Shown: positions 20,159-30,635 of the stretch, one piece after another
How the letters are laid out: each line of letters opens with the position of its first letter
Numbering within the stretch: the first letter of the stretch is position 1
Virus record (IMG/VR): IMGVR_UViG_3300033997_000136
Span: 149,151 to 213,150 of that record
Length of the DNA stretch: 64,000 nucleotides
Strand: one strand, 5' to 3'
Translations under genes and position numbers: made by a program
Notes under the pieces: model-generated
What the model was told of the DNA's origin: nothing
The model's database searches: none
What the model saw: only the letters and a program-made list of their open reading frames with translations

Positions 20159-21847
20159 ATGGCTAGTTCAACGATTACTAAAATCATTGCACCATTGAAT
20201 TTAAAACTACTAAACCTTCGTTCTAAACGAGATGTGCTTCGGATGTTACCTCGCATCACATCGCAAGATATTTACGAGACAGCCAATAGTACCAATTTCC
20301 ACTCTGAGGGTTTATTTTCTACGGAGATATTTGGTCGCGTAGGAGACCCTCGTCGCGATACTCAGTTTGCATGGATTGATTTACGTGCTACTATATTACA
20401 CCCAGCTACGTTTGACCGTGTGGTTCAGGTCAAAGGTTTGTATGGTGAAATCATGGCTGGTAAAGCATATGCCGTGTGGGATGAGAAGGCGAAGGAATTT
20501 GTTGCAAGTGACGAATTAGAAGGCGATACTGGGTATCACTTCTTTATCTCTCATTGGAAAGATATTGTCTTCCCTAAAAGTGAAGACAGTGTGAACACCA
20601 CACCAGGTGAACAAGATTTAACGACTTTACGTAATCAACGTATTGCTGCAATTGACAAATACCGAGACATTGCTCTTATTGACACGATTCCGGTTTTACC
20701 TGCTGGTTTACGCGACATTGAAATCGATGAAGTAGGTCGTGTTAATGAAGGTGAGTTAAACCCAATGTATCGAAGCGTACTTCGGATTGTGAACACAATT
20801 TCTGATTCGTACGATAAGAACAATGCAGCGCTTGATAATGCTCGGATGGTTCTTCAATTAGAAGTGAATGCCATTCACCAATATTGGTTAGACTTGTTGT
20901 TTGGTAAAACAGGTTTCTTACAATCAAAATGGGCAAGTCGTAAAATCGTCAACGGTACACGGAACGTTATCTCTGCAATGAATGCAGTAGTGCACGATTT
21001 AGACGATGAAGAAAGCGTAGGTTCAAATGACACGATTGTAGGTTTATGGCAAGTATCACGCGGATGTTTACCTATCACACGCCCTGCTATTCGTCGTTTC
21101 TTAATTGATGATATTTTCTCATCAGCCGACGGTATGATTCAATTAATCGATAAGAAGACATTGAAGTTAGTGAGTGTGCAACCCACACCACGTGCGTTTG
21201 ATGCATGGACAACAAATACAGGGTTAGAGAAACTTATCAATTCTCAAAGTGTGTTTGAACTTCGTAATCGACCAATACTTGTGGATGACTACTATCTTGC
21301 ATTGGTTTATCGCCCACGTCGTTCTACTGTCTTTAAAGTGTTTCGTGATATCACTACACTCCCTGAAGGGTTTTCTAAAGATGATGTTTACCCTATTACA
21401 CTCATGGAACTTATCTATTTGTGTAACTATCAGAATTGGAACAAAGTAAAAGTGTTTATTACACGGTATCCAATCACAGGTGAGGGTAGTATTTATCCAA
21501 GTAATGTGCGTGTCGCAACAACCACTCGAAGTGAAAAGCGGTATGAGTTGGATGATGATTGGGTGACATATAAGTACCCTGATAGCCCAGCATCTGCGTT
21601 CCCTGACTTTGAAGAAGGGAAGTACATTGATACGACCATGGTACATCCATTCCGTGTAGCGGGACTTGGTGCGGATTTTGACGGTGACCAGACATCCAAT
21701 AACTTCATTTATACACAAGAAGGTATCGATGAAATTAATACGTATCTGAGCACTGCAAACGCATACATTGACCCAGCTGGTGGATTTCGCTCAAGTGTAG
21801 CGACCGATGTACTCGCACTTGTTTTGCGTAACTCAACAACATTGTAG
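20159..21847 (+). CDS. virion RNA polymerase beta' subunit, N-terminal/catalytic piece (phiKZ gp180-like)
   Basis: GLFSTEIFG, IPVLPAGLR, TRYP and catalytic GADFDGD. Confidence 0.93.
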   Translation: MASSTITKIIAPLNLKLLNLRSKRDVLRMLPRITSQDIYETANSTNFHSEGLFSTEIFGRVGDPRRDTQFAWIDLRATILHPATFDRVVQVKGLYGEIMAGKAYAVWDEKAKEFVASDELEGDTGYHFFISHWKDIVFPKSEDSVNTTPGEQDLTTLRNQRIAAIDKYRDIALIDTIPVLPAGLRDIEIDEVGRVNEGELNPMYRSVLRIVNTISDSYDKNNAALDNARMVLQLEVNAIHQYWLDLLFGKTGFLQSKWASRKIVNGTRNVISAMNAVVHDLDDEESVGSNDTIVGLWQVSRGCLPITRPAIRRFLIDDIFSSADGMIQLIDKKTLKLVSVQPTPRAFDAWTTNTGLEKLINSQSVFELRNRPILVDDYYLALVYRPRRSTVFKVFRDITTLPEGFSKDDVYPITLMELIYLCNYQNWNKVKVFITRYPITGEGSIYPSNVRVATTTRSEKRYELDDDWVTYKYPDSPASAFPDFEEGKYIDTTMVHPFRVAGLGADFDGDQTSNNFIYTQEGIDEINTYLSTANAYIDPAGGFRSSVATDVLALVLRNSTTL

Positions 21848-21855
21848 GGTTTTTT

Positions 21856-24800
21856 ATGAAATCATATTTACAGCGAATTGAAGAATTGTTACAAGGCGAT
21901 ATTACCCTTGAAGCAAAATACTTCAAAGAGTTTTACCGTGTGTACGGTATTCGCAATCAAAGCATGTTGATATCACCAAAAGTTTCACCTATCAGTGCGT
22001 TTGAAATGCCTTTGGAATCCGTGGCACACCATTTTAGCTTTGATGATGTGTTGTTAGGTCCTGAGCCAAAAGGCAGTGTGTATTCTACAAATAGTGGTCG
22101 TGTATTGATTGAGCATATCTCTGCACTTCACGACCCTGTTGGAAAACCGCTACCTGCACCAGGTGCAAATGCTGAACGACTGGCACGTGATTATCATCGT
22201 CGAGTAAAAGTGTTTCGTCCAGCGCAAGACTTTGAACGGAGTCTTCGTGATAACAAAACTCTGGTGGTAGAGAACTATGCACTTTTAAACAAGTTGTATC
22301 GTTATCAATTATCCGTGTATAGCAACATCTACAAATGGACAAACATCTTACGTGCTGCTTTCTTTAACCTCGGTAAGAAAGTACCGATGTCAGATAGACA
22401 GCACTATGTGTTTTTAGAGTTACCAGCCATTATTCCAGATATAGTGATGTTAAATCAATCATCTGGTGCCATTACTGCGATTAAGCGGGAGTTCTTAGAA
22501 GTCTTCTCAAAACCAGAAGCGTTAATGATTCTGGAACTTTGGAAATGGATGGGGAAACCTATCAAGCAAAAAGTAGACGGAAAAGAAACGGTTGGTCCTC
22601 GTCCGAGTGTGTTTGATTACATTGCACCTGAGCAGTTAGCAAAGATTAACTTGGTCTGGTTAGACAATGGAAACTGGATACTTTTAAACCTGGGTACATT
22701 TGTTGAATTGTCGAAGATGGACAAAGGTGAAGAGATTGAAGGGAGTAACACCGTTCAACGTCGTTTCCTTCGCATGTTAATCATGTTGATGAGTCAACGT
22801 GTGGATGTCACTGAAACTGCCACTGATATTGAATCAACGATTGACGCGGATGTTGCAAAAGAAGACATCGTTGAGACCAAACATGTTGTTCGTGATGCAC
22901 TCAAATCTATCGAAGCTAACCCGTACGATGATTCCGATTTACCTAATTTGGATATCGTTCAGGATGAACAATTGGTTAGCGTTGATGATGTTAAATCAAA
23001 AGAACAGCAACAAATAGATGAAGAGATTGAAATCCAAAAAGATTTAGATATGCTTCGTCGGTTAAATGAGCGTAAGTTAGCACCACAAGCTCAGACAACT
23101 ATTGTGGATGTTGTTCAACCTCCTAAAACTCCTATTGAACGTTTGAATCGTAAAATAGAAGACAAGGTTGAGAAGGGTGAATTAACTGCAGCAGAATATC
23201 GTCGTGCTAAGAAATTATACGACAACATGCTTGCACTGGACAACCCATTTGGTGATGGAAAGTTACAAGACTTTATTGTTGTTTTTGAAGAGTTGAAACA
23301 GATTACTGAAGAAGAGTCTGTAAAACGTATTAAGAACATTCGTGGTGTTGTTGACAAATCCATGTTAAAAAGCCGTGTAGATGTCTTTGATAAGAAGTAT
23401 GTCACACAAGTCATGGAACGACATATTGCTGCAACGATGCTGTCTGTGCAAGGCGCTGGTCTTATCGCTACTGATTTATCAGTTGAAGAAGTAGTAGATG
23501 TGGGTAACCGTTATAAAACGTTACGCCTTCGTCTTTCACCATTAGAAGGTGAAGGTAGCACTATTGTTGCTCGCATCCCTGTTGTAGACGATGAGGGAAC
23601 GTTCTTAGCCAACGGTACGAAATGGCGGATGAAGAAGCAAAAAGCGGATATCCCTATTCGTAAGACAAGTCCTGTTGAAGTTGCTTTGACAACGTACTAT
23701 GCAAAAGCATTTGTACATCGTTCTGTGAAAAGTGTAGTCAACTATCCAAAGTGGTTAAATCGTCAGATTAACTTACTGGAGATGGCAGACAAAGGTGCGG
23801 TGAAAATAACGCACGTTAAACGGATTAACACGTTTGTAAACGATGTGACGTTACCTCGTATCTACACCACACTTTCTATGTCCTTTAAAGAGTTGACTAT
23901 TGACAAAGACTTACGTTTGTTTGTTGATTATCAACATCGCTTTACAGAGTTTGGTCAGTCGTTTGTCGAGTCTGTTGAGCGAGAAGGGTTTGTGTTTGCT
24001 GGGACACTTAAAGGCAAACCAGTTGTTGTTGACTTTGTAAACATGTTTTACGTCGTTGATAATAATCAATTGCTTGAACTAGGTTCATTTGAAAGTCTTC
24101 TGAAAGTATCGGAACAAAGCGTTCCTACTGAAGTTGCTGAATTTAGTTTGTTCACTCGCCAAGTTCCTGTGGGGATTGTACTGGGGTATCGTTACGGGTT
24201 AATCAATTTACTTGGTTTATTGAATACTCCGTTTCGCCGTGTGTTAAGTGGTCAACAGTTAAACCTTGCTGCAAATGAATTTGCTATTCGCTTTAGCGAT
24301 GAAACCTTAATTGTTTCTCGCGTTGACAAGAAAGCGGAACTTATTCTTGCGGGATTGAATCGCTATCATGCGTCAATTAAACACTACACGTTGGAGTCGT
24401 TTAACAACCCTGATGTGTTTGTTAACGTGCTTGAAGAAAATGGTTTCCGTATTGGTTTTGTTCGGGAACTTGATTTAGCTTTTGACATGTTTGTTGACCC
24501 TGTAAGTGCTGACATTCTGATATCAATGAATGAACCCACTACGTTGGAAGAACTGTTGTTACGTTCGTGTGAATTGTTAACTACAGATGCACATCCTGAC
24601 GAAGTGGATGAATACGCGATGCGTTATCGTGGTTATGAGCGTTTTGCAGGTCATCTGTACAAAGAGTTGGTTTCTGCTACGCGTCAATTCCGCAGTCGTG
24701 GTATTGGTAAAGCAGCAAAACTGAGTATGAACCCAGAAGCGGTTTGGCAGTCTATCATTGGTGACAGTTCTTGTTCACCGATTGAAGAGAGTAATCCGGT

Positions 24801-26205
24801 TCAAAACACAAAAGAGAAGGACATCTTTACGTTTGGTGGTACTGGTGGTCGTTCTACTCGGAGTATGGTGAAACGTACACGTGCGTATCACAAGAACTCA
24901 CCGGGGATTGTATCTGAAGCATCAACAGACAGTGGTAGTGTAGGTGTAAACGCGTACTTGGCTGCTAATGCGTTATTAACCGATGTGACAGGACGTCCTG
25001 ACCAGAGTGCAAATAAGAAACTTGAGAGTAGTAACCTGTTTAGTACAACAGCATTGTTGTCACCTTGTATTGAACACGATGACGCCAAACGAATAGTTTT
25101 CGCTAACATTCAGTATTCACATGCGGTTGCGTGTTCTGGATATGAAGTGTCTCCATTCCGTACAGGAGAGGAGAAAGCGATTGCTCACCGAGTCGGTTCT
25201 TTGTTTGCAGGTGTTGCTGAAGAAGATGGTGTCGTCACTGAAGTAAGTGACCATGCTGTGGTGGTTGAATACAAAGGTGGTAAAAAGAAATCATTTGAAA
25301 TTGGAACACGATTTGGTAATGTGACAGGAACCACTGTACCTCACCGTCTTGTGACTGATTTAAATGTAGGTGATAAAGTAGATATGGGTGATGTAGTGAC
25401 GTTTAACCAAGGGTTCTTTAAACGAGACCGGTTAGACAAACGTCAATGCATGATGATGCCAGGTGTTCTTGCAAAGGTGGCTATTCTTGAAAAGAATAGT
25501 ACATTTGAAGATGCGTGTGTAATCTCTCCACGTCTTGCTGGGTTGTTTAAAACCGAACTCACTGAAATTCGTTATATCACTGTACGTTTTGACCAACAGG
25601 TTAATAACTTAGTTCGTGTGGGTGCACAGGTAGACCTTGAAAGCATCTTATGTACAATTGAAGACGCTGTCACTGCTGATAATGACTTATTTACTGCGGA
25701 TAACATTGATTTGTTAACCACATTAGCAGCGCAAGCTCCTAGTGCAAACGTGAAAGGTCGTGTAGAACATATTGAAGTGCTCTATCACGGTGACGTAGAA
25801 GATATGGGTGAGTCTATTCGTAAGCTGGTTGATGAAAGTGATAAACAGCGTAAACGAAAAGCAAAACAGCTCAATGAACCTATTGTTACAGGTGCTGTAG
25901 ATAGTTCGATTAAAGTAAATAAACAACCTGTTGAGTTAGATACTGCTGTGATAAAGATTTACATCACAAAAGAAATCGACGCAGGGTATGGTGATAAAGG
26001 TGTTTTAGGTAATCAGATGAAAACGATTATCTCTGATGTAATGATAGGCGAACATGTCTCTCAGCGCACAAAAACTCCTATCGACATTTATTTCTCGTAC
26101 TTGTCTATCGCTGCTCGTATCGTGGGGTCACCCGAGTTAATTGGAACCACCATCACATTGTTAAAACTCATGAGTCCACGTGTGGCTGATGCTTATTTTG
26201 AATGA
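21856..26205 (+). CDS. virion RNA polymerase beta subunit, large piece (phiKZ gp178-like)
   Basis: GTFLANG, EHDDAKR, FEDACVIS, GDKGVLGNQMKTII RpoB motifs. Confidence 0.92.
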   Translation: MKSYLQRIEELLQGDITLEAKYFKEFYRVYGIRNQSMLISPKVSPISAFEMPLESVAHHFSFDDVLLGPEPKGSVYSTNSGRVLIEHISALHDPVGKPLPAPGANAERLARDYHRRVKVFRPAQDFERSLRDNKTLVVENYALLNKLYRYQLSVYSNIYKWTNILRAAFFNLGKKVPMSDRQHYVFLELPAIIPDIVMLNQSSGAITAIKREFLEVFSKPEALMILELWKWMGKPIKQKVDGKETVGPRPSVFDYIAPEQLAKINLVWLDNGNWILLNLGTFVELSKMDKGEEIEGSNTVQRRFLRMLIMLMSQRVDVTETATDIESTIDADVAKEDIVETKHVVRDALKSIEANPYDDSDLPNLDIVQDEQLVSVDDVKSKEQQQIDEEIEIQKDLDMLRRLNERKLAPQAQTTIVDVVQPPKTPIERLNRKIEDKVEKGELTAAEYRRAKKLYDNMLALDNPFGDGKLQDFIVVFEELKQITEEESVKRIKNIRGVVDKSMLKSRVDVFDKKYVTQVMERHIAATMLSVQGAGLIATDLSVEEVVDVGNRYKTLRLRLSPLEGEGSTIVARIPVVDDEGTFLANGTKWRMKKQKADIPIRKTSPVEVALTTYYAKAFVHRSVKSVVNYPKWLNRQINLLEMADKGAVKITHVKRINTFVNDVTLPRIYTTLSMSFKELTIDKDLRLFVDYQHRFTEFGQSFVESVEREGFVFAGTLKGKPVVVDFVNMFYVVDNNQLLELGSFESLLKVSEQSVPTEVAEFSLFTRQVPVGIVLGYRYGLINLLGLLNTPFRRVLSGQQLNLAANEFAIRFSDETLIVSRVDKKAELILAGLNRYHASIKHYTLESFNNPDVFVNVLEENGFRIGFVRELDLAFDMFVDPVSADILISMNEPTTLEELLLRSCELLTTDAHPDEVDEYAMRYRGYERFAGHLYKELVSATRQFRSRGIGKAAKLSMNPEAVWQSIIGDSSCSPIEESNPVQNTKEKDIFTFGGTGGRSTRSMVKRTRAYHKNSPGIVSEASTDSGSVGVNAYLAANALLTDVTGRPDQSANKKLESSNLFSTTALLSPCIEHDDAKRIVFANIQYSHAVACSGYEVSPFRTGEEKAIAHRVGSLFAGVAEEDGVVTEVSDHAVVVEYKGGKKKSFEIGTRFGNVTGTTVPHRLVTDLNVGDKVDMGDVVTFNQGFFKRDRLDKRQCMMMPGVLAKVAILEKNSTFEDACVISPRLAGLFKTELTEIRYITVRFDQQVNNLVRVGAQVDLESILCTIEDAVTADNDLFTADNIDLLTTLAAQAPSANVKGRVEHIEVLYHGDVEDMGESIRKLVDESDKQRKRKAKQLNEPIVTGAVDSSIKVNKQPVELDTAVIKIYITKEIDAGYGDKGVLGNQMKTIISDVMIGEHVSQRTKTPIDIYFSYLSIAARIVGSPELIGTTITLLKLMSPRVADAYFE

Positions 26206-27860
26206 GGGAAAGTATGATTACGCAACAAGCAATTGAAGCTGTACAAAATGCTGCGGACAACTTACTGGGGGCAGGCTTTAAAGCCTGCCCCATCGTAGGA
26301 ACTCCGTTGGCTGATTTAGTCTCACGTAGCCAAAACGTTGCGACGGTGGGGACGTCTATTCCATTAGAACGTTTAGTGGAAGCCACATCTATTCCGCTTT
26401 CAGAAGGTGGTCCATCAGCACACGATGTGTTCATGGAGAAGACGGTTGAAGTTGCCGGTAAAGTCGTTACCAATTCATTTGAGTTGACTCGTAATGTCAT
26501 CACTCCTCTGGTAAAACAGTTGATTGAAAACTACGAAGCAACGTTAGGTGGTTTGGTGTATGATGTATTGCCACCGGCACGCATTTTACCTAATATCTGG
26601 AGCAGCATTTGGAGCAGCACACTGTTAGCAGAAATGGTAGCGAAGTTCAAAGACGTTCCATTGGAACTTCGTCCATTTGGTGTGAAGATGCCTGAAATGA
26701 CAGCAAGTCAAATCAGAGCCATGTTAAAGACACGCATTTCACTTTTGGATGCGTCTATTGAAAAGTGGTTCGATGACTTACCTGAAGACTTTGTTCACGA
26801 AACATGGACTCAGGTGTTTGTTTATCAAAACATTGCTATTGGTCGTCGTACGAACTCAAAGTTCTCTTTGGATTCGACTACATTAAATCGTGATTCTATC
26901 TTGTTGGTGTATTTCATCAGTAAAGGTATGGAACAGGCGTTACCAGATGGTTTGAATGTAAGTCTCGATGCACTTCGCAAAGAACTGGTTCATTTACAAA
27001 ACCAAGCTGCTCGCGCTGTGGCTCAGGAATTAGCATTCCGTGAAACCATTCAACGTTCGAATCTACTGGTTGCTTATGTGAATAAGACACCAAACAAAGA
27101 CGGTTCAACGACGTACGATGTTGTGGTTAATAACGATGTCTATCTGAAGTTCTTAAGCGACCCTATGGGTAGTGCGGAAGCTATTTTGGGTAGTGCAGCA
27201 TCAGGTGATGGTGTGTACATGTATTCTGCTTTGTTGGAAAACAAAGTGAAGTACGAAAACTTCTGGGCGAAAGCTTTAGGTGTGCATAATCAAAAGATTG
27301 CAGCGAACCGTTTCACGTTCCAACGCGATTCCTTGCGTTTAACGTTTAACCGTTACATCAACAGTCAAGATGAAGCGAATCTTCCAGCGGTACGTGCTTA
27401 TTTGCATGAGCGTGCAGCAAGCTTCATCAATAAACTGGAACCACGTGATGTTGTTGACCCAGTTGTCTGTATCCGCGATTTAGTGTGCTGTATTTTGTTT
27501 GCAGATAGCAACGCAGGTCAATTCTACAAATCGTTTGACCAGGTGGAGCTTGAAAATCCAAACATCAACACGCGTGAATGTGCGCTTTACGCAACGATTG
27601 ATTTAGTGAGTCGTTGGTTAGCCTCACAAATCCTTCGCAAGTCAGCCAGTGAGAAAACTGAAGTCCCTGAAGACGGACGTTACCTTACTGTGTGTACGTT
27701 GTCGAATGCGATTACGTTGGGTGTGAAGATTATTCAGTCTATTGCAGGCAATGAAATCAGTGACAGTACCGGTGGTAAGTTTGTTGACACAGACGAGCTA
27801 CGTGTTACGTTTACTGCAAAACTGAACAGTTATGTTCACGTTGAGCACAGCACCAAGTAA
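26202..27860 (+). CDS. conserved head/ejection protein (phiKZ gp177-like)
   Basis: 552-aa ORF in the vRNAP-protease operon; assigned by synteny. Confidence 0.55.
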   Translation: MRESMITQQAIEAVQNAADNLLGAGFKACPIVGTPLADLVSRSQNVATVGTSIPLERLVEATSIPLSEGGPSAHDVFMEKTVEVAGKVVTNSFELTRNVITPLVKQLIENYEATLGGLVYDVLPPARILPNIWSSIWSSTLLAEMVAKFKDVPLELRPFGVKMPEMTASQIRAMLKTRISLLDASIEKWFDDLPEDFVHETWTQVFVYQNIAIGRRTNSKFSLDSTTLNRDSILLVYFISKGMEQALPDGLNVSLDALRKELVHLQNQAARAVAQELAFRETIQRSNLLVAYVNKTPNKDGSTTYDVVVNNDVYLKFLSDPMGSAEAILGSAASGDGVYMYSALLENKVKYENFWAKALGVHNQKIAANRFTFQRDSLRLTFNRYINSQDEANLPAVRAYLHERAASFINKLEPRDVVDPVVCIRDLVCCILFADSNAGQFYKSFDQVELENPNINTRECALYATIDLVSRWLASQILRKSASEKTEVPEDGRYLTVCTLSNAITLGVKIIQSIAGNEISDSTGGKFVDTDELRVTFTAKLNSYVHVEHSTK

Positions 27861-27873
27861 GTAAGGAACAAGT

Positions 27874-28602
27874 ATGGACTTAAAACAGTATAAGCGTGAC
27901 GGTGCTAAGATTCATGCTTGTTTACTCGAACAAAGCGATGGTCATCAGATCATCGCTAAACGGGATGTAAAGATTTACATCCCTACTCGTTTTCGAGATA
28001 AGAATCTTGCAACCATCGGGAGTGATATTTTTATCTTGGGTATTTACCTTATTACAACGGAAGACGAATCGGGTAAGTATTACGCAGTTGAAGTGACCGA
28101 TGCAATGATGCAAATCGAACCATCTAATGTAAATACAGTAACATTGGCTGGGGTGGAGATGTTTGAATTTGAATTCTTCAAAGGGGATGTTGTGGTCAGC
28201 AATACGCAGTTGGTTCAAAATGCGAAATTGTTGTATTACATCTTTGAAGAGTTTGTGGGTAAAGGAAACGTTCCGCCGTACATGAACTACATCGATATGT
28301 GTCGTACATTTTCTACAGCCACTAAACATGCCGGAGTGGTCTTATCCAGTACACCCACCATACTGGAGATGCTCATTTCCATGATAGGTCGCGATCCAAA
28401 AGCACCTATGACGTATTTCCGCCAAATCACAAATGGTAAAGATTTTGATAACGTGTTGTTTGTTCCACTTCGAAGTCCTATCTTTGGAGCAACAAACGCA
28501 ACTGCAAAACTACTTGGTGCGTATCCGAATGATGCGATGACAAGTATTCTTGTAACAGAGTCAACCAATGTGGAAGATATTGAAACCATTCTGAGGGTAT
28601 AG
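27874..28602 (+). CDS. probable fifth vRNAP subunit, beta' C-terminal piece (SPN3US gp244 / phiKZ gp176-like)
   Basis: Immediately upstream of protease; C-terminal VPLRSPIFGATNATAKLLGAY resembles the RpoC C-terminal region. Confidence 0.6.
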   Translation: MDLKQYKRDGAKIHACLLEQSDGHQIIAKRDVKIYIPTRFRDKNLATIGSDIFILGIYLITTEDESGKYYAVEVTDAMMQIEPSNVNTVTLAGVEMFEFEFFKGDVVVSNTQLVQNAKLLYYIFEEFVGKGNVPPYMNYIDMCRTFSTATKHAGVVLSSTPTILEMLISMIGRDPKAPMTYFRQITNGKDFDNVLFVPLRSPIFGATNATAKLLGAYPNDAMTSILVTESTNVEDIETILRV

Positions 28603-28604
28603 CC

Positions 28605-29363
28605 GTGGCTGCTAAAGTAATTTTTGAAAACTTGATTTTGAAAGGGATGAACAAGGGTGGTACGTTAAAGCCTGATGAAAAGGGCTATTACCCTTGTGTC
28701 GTTGGTGTGTTGGGTGCTGACGATTCTATTGGTGAACACTACTCGATTAACGACCGTGTACGACAGGTGTTTGCAAATTCATCTCAGTTGAACCGTCGTG
28801 CAGCAGAAGGATTGTTGCGTGGTGAGTTTGGTCATCCAGACCCGATGCAGTATGCAAACCAGTTGGCTTTTGAAATTCGTGTTCGTCGTATCGATGAAAA
28901 ATCTGAATCGCATCACATTCGTAAAGTGTGGTTAGAAGAAGGTGAAATCGATGGACGTAAAGTCACGTTGATTATGGCCGATGTGCGACCACAAGGTCCG
29001 TACGGTAAGTTCTTAAAAGACGCATTGGACAACCCGGATTGTAATGTTGCATTCTCTGGTCGCTATTACAGTAATCCAAGCAAAGTGGGTAATAAAGTCT
29101 ATCGTGAGATTTATGCGGTAGGTACGTTTGATTATGTCACTGAACCTGGTCTACGTGGTAGCACAAAATACAACTCACCTCAGTTGCAATCTGCGTCTGT
29201 TCTGATGTTAGACATACATCAGATTCAATCGATTGTGGGTGCTGAAAAGTCAATGAGTTCTCAGCTACGGCAACAAACGATGCAATCAGGTGGTTTGACT
29301 GCGCAGCAGCTTTATGGTGATATTGTTCCGCAACACAAACCACGTAAAGCTTTAACATTCTAA
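28605..29363 (+). CDS. prohead (head maturation) protease (phiKZ gp175-like)
   Basis: LRGEFGHP, SHHI, PQGPYG, NVAFSGR, TFDYVTEPG motifs of the T4 gp21/phiKZ gp175 family. Confidence 0.9.
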   Translation: MAAKVIFENLILKGMNKGGTLKPDEKGYYPCVVGVLGADDSIGEHYSINDRVRQVFANSSQLNRRAAEGLLRGEFGHPDPMQYANQLAFEIRVRRIDEKSESHHIRKVWLEEGEIDGRKVTLIMADVRPQGPYGKFLKDALDNPDCNVAFSGRYYSNPSKVGNKVYREIYAVGTFDYVTEPGLRGSTKYNSPQLQSASVLMLDIHQIQSIVGAEKSMSSQLRQQTMQSGGLTAQQLYGDIVPQHKPRKALTF

Positions 29364-29373
29364 CGGAGTTTAC

Positions 29374-30084
29374 ATGGGTGGTCCAACAAAACGAGATGTT
29401 ATCAGTGCACTTCCTATTTTAACTCGGGATGTTGTTGATGTATTTACACCTGAGGAAGTAGGATATCCTGTATTGATACACATCAGTCATGATGCGTCTA
29501 TCAAGAAGTTTATCCCACGGATATCAGGTCGGACAATGTCCGCTGAAGATAAAACTGTTCCTCGTGTTAGTGTAGCACCCAGTATCTCTGAATGTGTAGC
29601 AGGTCATGGGTCTACGGATTGGTTCCATATTGACAACGGAGACTTTAACAAGCTCTGGCAGATTTATGGATTTGATTACGAGTATGCAGTTCAACCAAAG
29701 ACGTCGTTGTTACCTGATGGTGCGGTTACAAACGAATATTGGTTAGTTACGTACAACAAAGCGACAACTGAATACGTTCCGAAAAAGATAGGAACGTTTT
29801 TCTACTCGGCAATTACATACCGGAAGATTACGAAAGTAGTCGAATTCGATATGTACATTAACGCAGGGGAAAACGGGATTCGTTTTAGTGATGAAGTTTT
29901 CTTAGAGAAAGGATACTGGTTTATTAAAGGGAAGTTAGCGAAGAAGACGGTGAAGAAAGTAATGGCAGGTAAACCACTTGAGGTATTGGCTATGCGTCCT
30001 TCATCTAAATCTGAGTTTGACAAAGAACATCACGGGTTGTTTACGTTTCAATCTGTAGGTGCGCGATTATCCTTGAATTGGTAG
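29374..30084 (+). CDS. conserved virion protein, possible ADP-ribosyltransferase-like fold
   Basis: HIS...F.PR...ED.TVPRVSVAPSISEC...E.W; paralogous to the N-terminal domain of 47170..48060. Confidence 0.5.
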   Translation: MGGPTKRDVISALPILTRDVVDVFTPEEVGYPVLIHISHDASIKKFIPRISGRTMSAEDKTVPRVSVAPSISECVAGHGSTDWFHIDNGDFNKLWQIYGFDYEYAVQPKTSLLPDGAVTNEYWLVTYNKATTEYVPKKIGTFFYSAITYRKITKVVEFDMYINAGENGIRFSDEVFLEKGYWFIKGKLAKKTVKKVMAGKPLEVLAMRPSSKSEFDKEHHGLFTFQSVGARLSLNW

Positions 30085-30089
30085 ATAGT

Positions 30090-30117
30090 ATGGATAACGG
30101 GTTATACCGTTATCCAT
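30090..30117 (+). terminator. intrinsic terminator
   Basis: atggataacgg-gttata-ccgttatccat plus T tract. Confidence 0.75.
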
Positions 30118-30197
30118 CTTTTATGCCGTTTTATAAAAATTTAAAAACCTATATAATGGTTTTGATATGATAAATAGAAAACCCCACGGAGATTGCT

Positions 30198-30635
30198 ATG
30201 TCTAACCCAACTATTCAAACCATCGAAAACATTTTATCCAAAGGTGCACTGGCTGTTGTAAACTTAAGTTTACTGGATGGCTTAGAGCGTAGTCAACCTT
30301 TGTTCATCACTATCGGTAACCCACAGCACTGGGATTGCCCTGAGTTCATTATTCAAGGTTGTGAGAGTGCGATTGACGCAACCAAAGCAGCACGCGTTGC
30401 GGCAGAGTCATGGGTGCGGGCTAATCAAACGAAAGGTCAGTTCAGTGGTGTGAGTAAAGAAAACGTGTACTTTAACTTTACTCCTGAATCAACCAGCACT
30501 ACGTTTGCTGAACATGTGGATGATGCTGAAGTACAAGCGTTGTATCATACCTACGTTCGCCCTAAACGTTTAAAGCCAACTGAACCTGTTGTCCGTTTAA
30601 CAGTGTCTATTATCGCTACCGCGCAAGACCAATAA
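30198..30635 (+). CDS. hypothetical protein
   Basis: ORF with GGAG RBS. Confidence 0.7.
   Translation: MSNPTIQTIENILSKGALAVVNLSLLDGLERSQPLFITIGNPQHWDCPEFIIQGCESAIDATKAARVAAESWVRANQTKGQFSGVSKENVYFNFTPESTSTTFAEHVDDAEVQALYHTYVRPKRLKPTEPVVRLTVSIIATAQDQ

Noticed and set aside
21224-21718. 164-aa minus-strand ORF within vRNAP beta'
   Set aside because: Antisense to a highly conserved gene; no recognisable motifs
29175-30054. CAA recoded as Glu to explain Q at protease sites
   Set aside because: Conserved Glu residues elsewhere use GAA/GAG, CAA encodes conserved Gln (e.g. terminase PRQTGKS), and genes end at ordinary TAA/TAG/TGA
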